Of a stretch of 64,000 bases of DNA, positions 1-7,377 are shown piece after piece. Both the position numbers and the translations under genes were made by a program. The DNA is from Nitrospirota bacterium. Lineage in GTDB: Bacteria > Nitrospirota > UBA9217. The first letter of the stretch is position 1; every line of letters begins with the position of its first letter. Below the pieces are notes generated by a model. It saw only the letters and a program-made list of their open reading frames with translations. It was not told the origin of the DNA and did not search any database. Location of the stretch: NCBI GenBank assembly GCA_963737155.1, contig CAVTRN010000001.1, positions 128,001 to 192,000 on the forward strand, read 5' to 3'.

Positions 1-1131
1 GACGGACGGATAGAAGATAGCCGATTCCATGTCCGTTCCACTTGTGACCGTAAGCGCCCAATATCCCATTCCCGGACCGCTACCCATGAGGTAATAAATT
101 GTACAATCGTATACTCCCGGAGTAGTGTCTTCCGTGACGATATCCACAGGGGTGCTCATGAACCCACTTGTCCCCATGTTCATCACGGGCATCAAAGATA
201 CGGTCAATCCAGTTGAAGGAGAACCATCGCTTCTATTGGTGATGTGAATTTGGAAGGATGTCTTTCCTGTTGTTGCCGCCATCATGCCGGGAATATATTG
301 CACCACGTACGTATTGGTGAGTGCTACTTTTGAGAATGGCAGTTCTCCTCCTATGTCGGATCCTGTCAGGCCGGTGAGGTTTGAAGTCGTATTTGAGAGA
401 TAGCTGATCATAGCCTGCTCATATCTGTTTTGAATATCCTCGGGAAGGCTCACTGATCCGGCAAAAGCAGTCAAAATCCCATTATTGCCTGCGAGATCTT
501 TAGCGAGGGTATTAAGCAGCTCTCCCTGTTCGTCAGGACTGAATCCCAAGGATGCGTTAAGCTGGCTGAAAACGCCCGCATTGAAGGCAGCGAGCTGCGG
601 ACCATTGGAACCGTTCGATGGCGTATTTGATGGCGCTACAGATATATCAGGAGTATATCCGAAAGCGTTGCTGAAATAAGCCTGAGCCCCGATAAATGTC
701 AAGGTGCTATTCGTTGCGAGTTCATTATTAATGATTGTTGTGGCAGGGCTGATATTCACGTCGGCAGGTCCGGCCATGAGCGTTCCTCCCGGGACATAGG
801 CCGCAAAGACGCCCGCCGTGGTCGTCAACCCGGTGGCTTCATCGGTATACGTTCCTCCAATTGCCTCAACTCTTAAATCCGATGTAAGAGCAGTTGACGG
901 GATGTTCACATTGTAGGTACCGTTAGACGCTGTGTTCACAGGGCCAGCAATAGGATTCCCTGATGTGTTTAAAACTACTACGGAAGCACCTGCTACAGGA
1001 GCTGCATACAGCGATCCGGCTGTCGTCGTCATTGTTGCTGCGGGTGTACTACTGGAACTGCTGCAGGATGTGATAAATGTCGATACCGCTAAAAGAACCA
1101 TCATAAAAATAAAGTATGCCATTTTTTTCAT
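1..1131 (-). CDS. Lipoprotein with Met-rich YtkA/FixH-like domain, possibly metal(Cu)-binding; 3' end runs off the window
   Basis: Not in the ORF track. ATG at 1131 after a purine-rich RBS; MKKMAYFIFMMVLLAVSTFITSC lipobox; frame appears open to position 1; later segment MPVMNMGTSGFMSTP...GVYDCTIYYLM...GYWALTV resembles YtkA-like Ig folds. Confidence 0.7.
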   Translation of the reverse strand, partial: MKKMAYFIFMMVLLAVSTFITSCSSSSSTPAATMTTTAGSLYAAPVAGASVVVLNTSGNPIAGPVNTASNGTYNVNIPSTALTSDLRVEAIGGTYTDEATGLTTTAGVFAAYVPGGTLMAGPADVNISPATTIINNELATNSTLTFIGAQAYFSNAFGYTPDISVAPSNTPSNGSNGPQLAAFNAGVFSQLNASLGFSPDEQGELLNTLAKDLAGNNGILTAFAGSVSLPEDIQNRYEQAMISYLSNTTSNLTGLTGSDIGGELPFSKVALTNTYVVQYIPGMMAATTGKTSFQIHITNRSDGSPSTGLTVSLMPVMNMGTSGFMSTPVDIVTEDTTPGVYDCTIYYLMGSGPGMGYWALTVTSGTDMESAIFYPSV

Positions 1132-1164
1132 TTTCCACCCTCCCCCTTGCGAAGTAAATAACTT

Positions 1165-1656
1165 CTATCTTAGCATTTCCTCAATTTCTTTTTCGTACAT
1201 CGGCAGAAACTCCTTGCCGAAACCCCGGTGTACATGTTGTATGATGCCGTTTTTGCCTATAAGGAACCCGGTGGGCAGACCGGAAACACGATAGGCGTCA
1301 TTGACACTGCCTCGTTTATCGAGCAATACGGGAAAGTTTACGGGGAATTTGCGAAGAAAATTCTTTACATCCGATTCAGAAGCATCGACGCTGACGGCGA
1401 TGACTTCGAAGCCCTCATGGTTGAACTTTTTATAGAGACGGTCAAGTTCCGGCAGCTCTTCCCGGCAGGGTGCACACCACGCAGCCCAGAAGGCGAGAAA
1501 AACGATTTTTCCCCTAAAGTCGTCGAGACTCACGGTTTTACCGATTGAATCCGTGAGGGTGAAAGATGGCGCGGTTACGAGAAATTGACCGGCATGGACG
1601 GATGCAGGCATTATCATGAGTATAATCATAATCAACAGAAAAGAATATTTGATCAC
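1165..1656 (-). CDS. TlpA/ResA-like thiol-disulfide oxidoreductase
   Basis: Signal/TM segment, APSFTL, FWAAWCAPCREELP CxxC motif, GLPT cis-Pro motif. Confidence 0.9.
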   Translation of the reverse strand: MIKYSFLLIMIILMIMPASVHAGQFLVTAPSFTLTDSIGKTVSLDDFRGKIVFLAFWAAWCAPCREELPELDRLYKKFNHEGFEVIAVSVDASESDVKNFLRKFPVNFPVLLDKRGSVNDAYRVSGLPTGFLIGKNGIIQHVHRGFGKEFLPMYEKEIEEMLR

Positions 1657-1892
1657 AACAATCCTCGGTAAAAATAAGAGATAATTATGACAGCAGGATT
1701 AGCTCTCGCCCATATGTCCTACTGTCAGGAACAAGACTGTAATCGCGTGAATAGGGAGCCTGTCTATGTGCGTCACGGCCGTCGTCACTGTGTCGATTAC
1801 GGACGGAACAAAATTTCTCCAGCCTACGTTCATCTCTTTTTAAGGGATGTGATGCATTTACCCGAACATCCACCCTGTTAATTTTATAATTA

Positions 1893-2039
1893 GTCGTTCA
1901 GGTTTTATAACCATTGTCCCTGTTCTTCGCACATCGAACAAATAAATTATTCCACAGTGATGTCTTGAACTGACGCAATGGCATATGTGCATGCCTCTTA
2001 CGAAAAAACACGGCAACTTTGAACTTTGGTTTTAACGAC
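1893..2039 (-). ncRNA. Structured leader element, copy A (central terminator-like module missing)
   Basis: Aligns with both ends of copies B (4325-4565) and C (6763-7005); ends GUCGUU...AACCA and UGGUU...AACGAC can pair; starts right after the stop of ORF 2042-2326. Confidence 0.6.
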
Positions 2040-2041
2040 AA

Positions 2042-2326
2042 TTAAGATTTTGGAGGATGTTCGTCTTGAAAGGCAATTAAGAGAGGTTTAATATGTGGAT
2101 TTACGAATATAGCGCTTTTATCCTGAACAAGAGGCAGATGGCCATAGGGGCATTGATGTAAACAAGGCATGTTCCCGTTGGCAGACAGGGCTGGAGCGGC
2201 TTGATGGCAGACGTCGAGATTGCCGATCATAGCATGATTGCCGTGATCGCTGGGAACCGGGAAAGAGAGTTGAACGGCGATGCTGAGCCCTATTGCTATG
2301 AGCACTATGACAGCTTGCCATTTCAT
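2042..2326 (-). CDS. Small exported Cys/His-rich protein, candidate leader/arrest peptide (DUF2946-like), copy A
   Basis: Hydrophobic N-terminus, LDVCH, PCLHQC, C-terminal EHPPKS; clear paralog of 7008-7292. Confidence 0.75.
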   Translation of the reverse strand: MKWQAVIVLIAIGLSIAVQLSFPVPSDHGNHAMIGNLDVCHQAAPALSANGNMPCLHQCPYGHLPLVQDKSAIFVNPHIKPLLIAFQDEHPPKS

Positions 2327-2332
2327 AGGACC

Positions 2333-2361
2333 ACTATAGATGTTTTCCTGGATGGTGTCAA
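2333..2361 (-). promoter_or_regulatory. sigma70 promoter giving a leaderless mRNA for ORF 2042-2326
   Basis: TTGACA-N17-TATAGT with only 6 nt before the ATG; no RBS; same geometry at 7299-7327. Confidence 0.75.
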
Positions 2362-2615
2362 TGTAATACTAAAATTTAAATAATAGAAGGCTGAGCGTCG
2401 TTCGGTCGGAGAATTGCGATAACGTTACATATTGGCATATGTGCACGCTCATTAGTAGATAATGTTTTCGATGCGTAAAATTATATACGAAAAACTTTAA
2501 TTTTTATGCCATGTTTAAGATATTTCAGCCAAATGCAATTATGTAATTTTTTTGATATGGGCTATCAACAAATCAGGCCATAACCCACATTTACTACTGT
2601 GCACCGTCCTGCGCA

Positions 2616-3230
2616 TCATGTGCCAGTGCTGGTCGTCTCTCTGATAACCTTGACCATTTTTTCGGGACTGTCATCCTGATGGAACAAGTAACTCACTTTC
2701 CCCTCTTTGTCGATGAGATAGACGATATCGGTGCGGTTGATAATGTACCCCGCAGCTGATTTGATGGGTATCTTTTGATAAGAAGCATTATAGGCGTGAA
2801 CCACTTTATCGATTTCTGTTTTGTTTCCGGTCAGACCCACGGCGTTGATGTCGAAATATCTCAAATACTCCTTCAGCCTGGCAGAGGTATCGCGTTGTGG
2901 ATCGACCGTTACGAAAACGGTCATTACCTCTTGACTGGCCGCGCCGAGGAGGGTTCGGACCCTGGCCAACTTGTCCAGTGTCAATGGATAAACGCCCGGA
3001 CAAGAGGTATAACCGAAAAACAAAAGAACGACTTTGCCCCGGTGATCCCTGAGATGGAAAATCTGTCCGTTATCCTCTGTAAGGGTAAAATCCCCGCTAG
3101 GATTAAACGCCTGTTCAAGCCTGGTTGGAACTGGCTTTATGGTAGAATAAGCCCAATAGAGACCCAAAATGACCAATAGGATTGTGCCAGTAGCGAACAA
3201 AGATAATGTAAGTTTTTGTTTTGTCCGCAC
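2616..3230 (-). CDS. SCO1/SenC family protein with degenerate copper ligands
   Basis: GDFTLT, LLFFGYTSCPGVYP (CxxxC changed to CxxxY), VTVDPQRD, YIINRT (expected His is Arg); GTG start at 3230 after GGAGG. Confidence 0.8.
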   Translation of the reverse strand: MRTKQKLTLSLFATGTILLVILGLYWAYSTIKPVPTRLEQAFNPSGDFTLTEDNGQIFHLRDHRGKVVLLFFGYTSCPGVYPLTLDKLARVRTLLGAASQEVMTVFVTVDPQRDTSARLKEYLRYFDINAVGLTGNKTEIDKVVHAYNASYQKIPIKSAAGYIINRTDIVYLIDKEGKVSYLFHQDDSPEKMVKVIRETTSTGT

Positions 3231-3251
3231 GTTTCCTCCGTTTCCCAGCAA

Positions 3252-3656
3252 TCATTCTAGAAGATTATCCATCCTCATCCCATTTATGTACATCAGTTTT
3301 TTGGTCACACGACTCCAGCCCTCTAAATAGAGATCGGGATGGAGTCGCCTTCTTCCAGCGATCTCAGCAGATGTATCATCATGAGATGAAAACCGTTCTG
3401 TTTCAAAAGAAGGCGCCATCCCACGATCCGGAGGCTGTCGACCTTCTTTATTACGATTATGTCGCCGACCTTTTCCTTCCAGTATAGCTTCACGTTTGCT
3501 ACTTGTGTGTATCCGAGTGGAGGAACCAGTTCGAGGAAGAGCTGGAGACGGCCTCGATGCCATGTCATATGCAGATTTCACCTGCACATCTTTGATGGGT
3601 TCTTCATAGATTAATAACCTACGGCTTTTAAAATTAATCGTTGACAATAATATCAC
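3252..3656 (-). pseudogene. Frameshifted periplasmic copper chaperone PCu(A)C remnant
   Basis: Frame 3323-3568 gives KKVDSLRI...KQNGFHLMMIHLLRSLEEGDSIPI, the PCuAC GxHxM...LxxGDxVP signature; split over frames; adjacent to SCO. Confidence 0.65.
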
Positions 3657-3696
3657 TCTTTCCTGTTCATAGGTAAAGGGCGCATGGATATTTCCA

Positions 3697-4122
3697 CTAA
3701 AACGAAAATATTTCCCTTGCCCAGCCGGATTCGGTATTTCTGTAGGTTATTTCTCCATCTATGAGGAACATGTCTCCCTTTCGAATGACACGCGGATCAG
3801 GAGAAGCTTTGATCTCCCAGCGAAACTTCCCATGAAACAATTTATCAATACATACGTCTCCGCAACAGGTTGTCATACAGCCTTGTTCGTTTTGTAAAAA
3901 CCGAGCTTTTGCCCGATACCTGACGGTATACTTCCCGTCATCTCCTGCGACGCCTGTGTTTGCAAACTCCACGATCGCCAGTTCACCGGGCCATCGATTC
4001 TTGAGCCAATTTTGCAGATCCGCCCGGGCCCATTTTTCAGAAGGATGATTTGAACAGCCGATGAAAAGCGTTAAAAGGAGGAAGGAGCTTATTATAATAA
4101 TGAGAACTTTATAACGCGACAT
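3697..4122 (-). CDS. Hypothetical lipoprotein with Cys cluster (CMTTCCGDVC)
   Basis: Lipobox FIGC, GAGG RBS. Confidence 0.7.
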   Translation of the reverse strand: MSRYKVLIIIISSFLLLTLFIGCSNHPSEKWARADLQNWLKNRWPGELAIVEFANTGVAGDDGKYTVRYRAKARFLQNEQGCMTTCCGDVCIDKLFHGKFRWEIKASPDPRVIRKGDMFLIDGEITYRNTESGWAREIFSF

Positions 4123-4171
4123 TAAGCATACCTCAACATAATTTTCCTTTCCGACTGAGTGATCTGGTTTA

Positions 4172-4195
4172 TTCCCAGAATGCCCATTCTGGGAA
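4172..4195. promoter_or_regulatory. Perfect palindrome TTCCCAGAAT-GCCC-ATTCTGGGAA, putative operator
   Basis: 10-bp inverted repeat about 50 bp upstream of 3697-4122; related sites at 4596-4611 and 5425-5443. Confidence 0.5.
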
Positions 4196-4244
4196 ATGGT
4201 GTTTACACAGATTATAGAATAGTGAATCCAGTATCATGTATTAA

Positions 4245-4300
4245 TCGAATATTAATCATCATATCTCTTCTGGATTTTTTTTATCGTAAATAATGTTCAT
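4245..4300 (-). pseudogene. 5' remnant of a second split-Soret-like gene
   Basis: ATGAAC...GATAAAAAA...TCCAGAAGAGATATG matches the first codons of 5938-6735 (MN..DKK..SRRDM) but is frameshifted and truncated. Confidence 0.6.
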
Positions 4301-4324
4301 GGAGGGCCTCTTGGGCTTTATTTA

Positions 4325-4565
4325 ATCGTTAGGTTTTATAACCAACATGCCTGTTCTTCGCACTTGAAACAGTAAAAAAATGGCTCCACTTCAGTAATAT
4401 TCCGGTCTTTAATAGTGAGGTCCGGATATGCTCGAAGTGGAGCCAAGCTTAAAGGGGAGGACAGGCTATGAGTCCCGTCCTCGATGATGCCTTGAGTTGA
4501 TGCATGACCCGCACACATGTCTCTCATGGAGAATAACGTCGGTTCTGTCGTTTGGTTTTAACGAC
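4325..4565 (-). ncRNA. Structured leader element, copy B
   Basis: Aligns along its length with 6763-7005; hairpins GAGGACGGG/CCUGUCCUC and GGCUCCACUUC/GAAGUGGAGCC followed by AUUUUUUU. Confidence 0.65.
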
Positions 4566-4657
4566 GAGAGGAACCAGTATAATACCATGCAGTGACTGAA
4601 TGCCTGTTCAGAATCCCTTTTGGAATGATGATGATAAGTTTCAAAGCAGCGTTATGA

Positions 4658-5380
4658 TTACGGCTTTCCCAGGTTTTCCGCAGCAAAATTCCAGTTAAGG
4701 AGTTTGTCAATAACTGCGTTCACGTAATCAGCGCGCCGGTTCTGATAGTCGAGATAATAGGCATGCTCCCATACATCGATCGTGAGCAGCGGTTTCTTTC
4801 CCTGAGTGATGGGGGTGTCCGCATTGCCTGTCTTGATGACCTTGAGTTTGTCTTGATCCTTCACCAGCCAAGCCCATCCGCTGCCGAATTGGGTTATTGC
4901 CGCGGTCGCCAGCTCTTTCTTGAATGCATCCATACTGCCGAATGATTCCTCGATTATTTTCTTGAGCGCAGCAGGAGGCTCGCCACCGCCACTAGGTTGC
5001 ATGCTCTTCCAATAAAACGCATGGTTCCATGCCTGAGCCGCGTTGTTGAAAATCGCAACTCTGTCCGCTTTGCCGGCTACAGCGGCCACGATCTTCTCAA
5101 GAGGCATCTCAGCAAGATCGGTCCCCGCAATAAGTTTATTCAAGTTGTCGACATAGGCTTTGTGATGTTTTCCATAATGGAATGAAATCGTTTTCGCTGA
5201 AATCACTGGTTCCAGAGCATTCTCTGCATAGGGAAGCGGCGGCAACGCCAGTGGTGCAGATGCATTCGCAATGTGCGGAAATCCCGCAACTGCTGCGGTT
5301 ATAGTCACTCCTGCTGCACCGGCAAGAAAATCTCTTCGGGTGACGCCACTATTGTTCTCTCTATGATCTTGTTGTTCCAT
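4658..5380 (-). CDS. sodB: Fe/Mn superoxide dismutase with Tat signal (periplasmic)
   Basis: TRRDFL twin-arginine leader; [34 protein letters not shown]. Confidence 0.9.
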   Translation of the reverse strand: MEQQDHRENNSGVTRRDFLAGAAGVTITAAVAGFPHIANASAPLALPPLPYAENALEPVISAKTISFHYGKHHKAYVDNLNKLIAGTDLAEMPLEKIVAAVAGKADRVAIFNNAAQAWNHAFYWKSMQPSGGGEPPAALKKIIEESFGSMDAFKKELATAAITQFGSGWAWLVKDQDKLKVIKTGNADTPITQGKKPLLTIDVWEHAYYLDYQNRRADYVNAVIDKLLNWNFAAENLGKP

Positions 5381-5601
5381 CGTGCCTCCTAGTGTTTACA
5401 CAGATGATTATCGTCATTTTTTCACCGGAATGCCCATTCAAGGAAATAGAACCTATTCAGCCTATGGATTGGTGCGTTCCGTGTCGTATATCAAACAGAA
5501 ATGCGCCAGAAAACCACTACGAATCAAAAGAAGTGCAGCAATAGTCAACATACGGTAAATCTGAACACAATTATTTTCGTTAAAAATTAGTGATAATTAT
5601 A

Positions 5602-5626
5602 ACGGGCGGGATAAGCTCCCGCCCGT
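5602..5626. terminator. Hairpin terminator downstream of tatA
   Basis: ACGGGCGGG-ATAAGCT-CCCGCCCGT. Confidence 0.65.
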
Positions 5627-5646
5627 CTTTTCTACAACTTAGGATA

Positions 5647-5874
5647 CTAATTGCCTGAAGGCGGTGCCGTCACGCGAGTGATCTGCTCATCGGTACTTTT
5701 TTGATCGAGGGTAAGTGCGGAATCCTCCTTACCTTCTTTCATAGCCTTTTTAAAGGATTTGATGCTTTTGCCCAAACCTTCACCTAGCTCAGGAAGCTTC
5801 CCGGGACCGAACACGATCAGAACGATCCCCAGGATGATAAGAAGGTGCAGGGGCTGAAATAAGCCTTCGAACAT
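5647..5874 (-). CDS. tatA: Twin-arginine translocase subunit TatA/E
   Basis: [35 protein letters not shown]. Confidence 0.95.
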   Translation of the reverse strand: MFEGLFQPLHLLIILGIVLIVFGPGKLPELGEGLGKSIKSFKKAMKEGKEDSALTLDQKSTDEQITRVTAPPSGN

Positions 5875-5937
5875 GATATTCTCCTTCCCCGTCGATCAGG
5901 ATGCAGTCAAAAGACACGCGGATCGACCTCCGGGCTT

Positions 5938-6735
5938 TTATGTGCTAGGTATCGAATCGTAAGTCTGCATTGGCGACGGTGGATTCTGGCCGTGGCAGTC
6001 CGCGCAATTGTTCTGAGAGGTAATGCCGTTAGTGAGAACGTTGTAGAGCGGTTTGTGCTTCGGCTTGTACGTGCCGTCCACATAGGCATTCAGCATCGTC
6101 GTCGCTTCCGCGGCCACATTCGCGGCAAGGCGGGCGCACCGTTCCTGTCTTTCGTTGGAAAGGAATGCCGCACCTTCCGCACGCATCCATTTGCCTACGG
6201 AAATGTGGCATACGGGGGTACCCGCCAAGGTCATATGTTTGATTTGCGCTTTCAGCACCTTGGTCGGCGTGAAGCTCGGCAGCTCCGTATAGGAATAATA
6301 GAATGCAAGGTCGTTGACCATAGCTTCAGCAATGTCGGTGTCTTTGGTCACGAGGCCGATAACCACACCAGCTCCTGGCATGGTTCCGCACAGTGCGCCC
6401 CAGCCCGCCATGCCGCCGTGGGCCCAACGGTAGGCATCGATCGGGAAATTACTCCATCCGGCCGCGCCTTTTTTCTTAAGGTTCTCGGCAAAGCCCGCAA
6501 TGACTGATGAGGTGCACCATTTCGCGAAATAGTTTTCATAGGTTGTCTGTGCCACATCCTGCGGGTTGAGCTTTATATACTTATATGAGGCTGCCCCGGA
6601 ATTTTCATAGGCATCGGATTTTTTTACGGCTTGAAGAACACCCATGGTCGCGATTGCGGTCGCAGCGGCAATTTTGCCGCCATTGACCAACATATCTCTT
6701 CTGGACATTTCTTTTTTATCGTCTAAAGGGTTCAT
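5938..6735 (-). CDS. C-GCAxxG-C-C family / split-Soret cytochrome c-like Tat-exported protein
   Basis: Start at 6735 after GGAGG; SRRDML Tat motif; GGMAGWGALCG, PVCHISVGKW, ERCARL, C-terminal CADCH heme motif. Confidence 0.8.
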   Translation of the reverse strand: MNPLDDKKEMSRRDMLVNGGKIAAATAIATMGVLQAVKKSDAYENSGAASYKYIKLNPQDVAQTTYENYFAKWCTSSVIAGFAENLKKKGAAGWSNFPIDAYRWAHGGMAGWGALCGTMPGAGVVIGLVTKDTDIAEAMVNDLAFYYSYTELPSFTPTKVLKAQIKHMTLAGTPVCHISVGKWMRAEGAAFLSNERQERCARLAANVAAEATTMLNAYVDGTYKPKHKPLYNVLTNGITSQNNCADCHGQNPPSPMQTYDSIPST

Positions 6736-6762
6736 GAAGGCCTCCTGATAAATTTTTAATTT

Positions 6763-7005
6763 GTCGTTTAGGTTTAATGACCAATGTCTCTGTTCATCGC
6801 ACCTCGAGCTAAAAAATGACTCCACTCCAGAAATATTCTGGTCTTTGAATAGTGAAGGTCGGATATCCCCGAAGTGGAGTCGAGCTTTAAAGGGGAGGAC
6901 AGGCTATGAGTCCTGTCCTCAGTGATGCCTTGAACAGACGCATGAGTATGCGCACATGCTTCTTTTGAAGAAACACGTTAGCTCTGAACTTCGGTTTTTA
7001 AAGAT
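6763..7005 (-). ncRNA. Structured leader/attenuator element, copy C
   Basis: Lies between the stop of 7008-7292 and the RBS of 6735; several hairpins including GACUCCACUUC/GGAGUGGAGUC followed by AUUUUUU (6811-6881). Confidence 0.7.
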
Positions 7006-7007
7006 GA

Positions 7008-7292
7008 TTAGGACTTCGGAGGACGTTCGTCTTGAAAGGCAATTAAGAGAGGTTTAATACGTATATTTACGATTTCAGCGGTTTTATCTTGAACAACAGG
7101 CAGATGGCCGTAGAGGCATTGATGTAAACAAGGCATGTTCCCGTTGGCAGACAGGGCTGGAACTGCTTGATGGCAGACGTCGAGATTGCCGATCATAGCA
7201 TGCTTGCCGTGATCGCCGGGAACCGAGAAAGAGGGAGGAACGGCGATGCTGATCCCTATTGCCAAGAGCACAATGACAGCCTGCCATTTCAT
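7008..7292 (-). CDS. Small exported Cys/His-rich protein, candidate leader/arrest peptide (DUF2946-like), copy C
   Basis: Paralog of 2042-2326; LDVCH, PCLHQC, C-terminal ERPPKS. Confidence 0.75.
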   Translation of the reverse strand: MKWQAVIVLLAIGISIAVPPSFSVPGDHGKHAMIGNLDVCHQAVPALSANGNMPCLHQCLYGHLPVVQDKTAEIVNIRIKPLLIAFQDERPPKS

Positions 7293-7298
7293 GATAAA

Positions 7299-7327
7299 AC
7301 TATAAATACTTTCCTATCGGTTGTCAA
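7299..7327 (-). promoter_or_regulatory. sigma70 promoter, leaderless mRNA
   Basis: TTGACA-N17-TATAGT-N6-ATG. Confidence 0.75.
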
Positions 7328-7377
7328 CGTAAAGTTGTAATTTTAGAGGGTATTCGTAATTTGGTGTGGGTGGGAGG

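Noticed and set aside
932-1294. + strand 120-aa ORF (also 485-679 and 1228-1548)
   Set aside because: Antisense shadows of the minus-strand lipoprotein and TlpA
2521-2570. Possible eighth copy of the dispersed repeat
   Set aside because: Similarity is too weak in AT-rich sequence to support by eye
6736-6825. N-terminal extension of the 295-aa ORF, and ORF 4336-4527
   Set aside because: Both lie within the structured leader element; the RBS and Tat motif support a start at 6735
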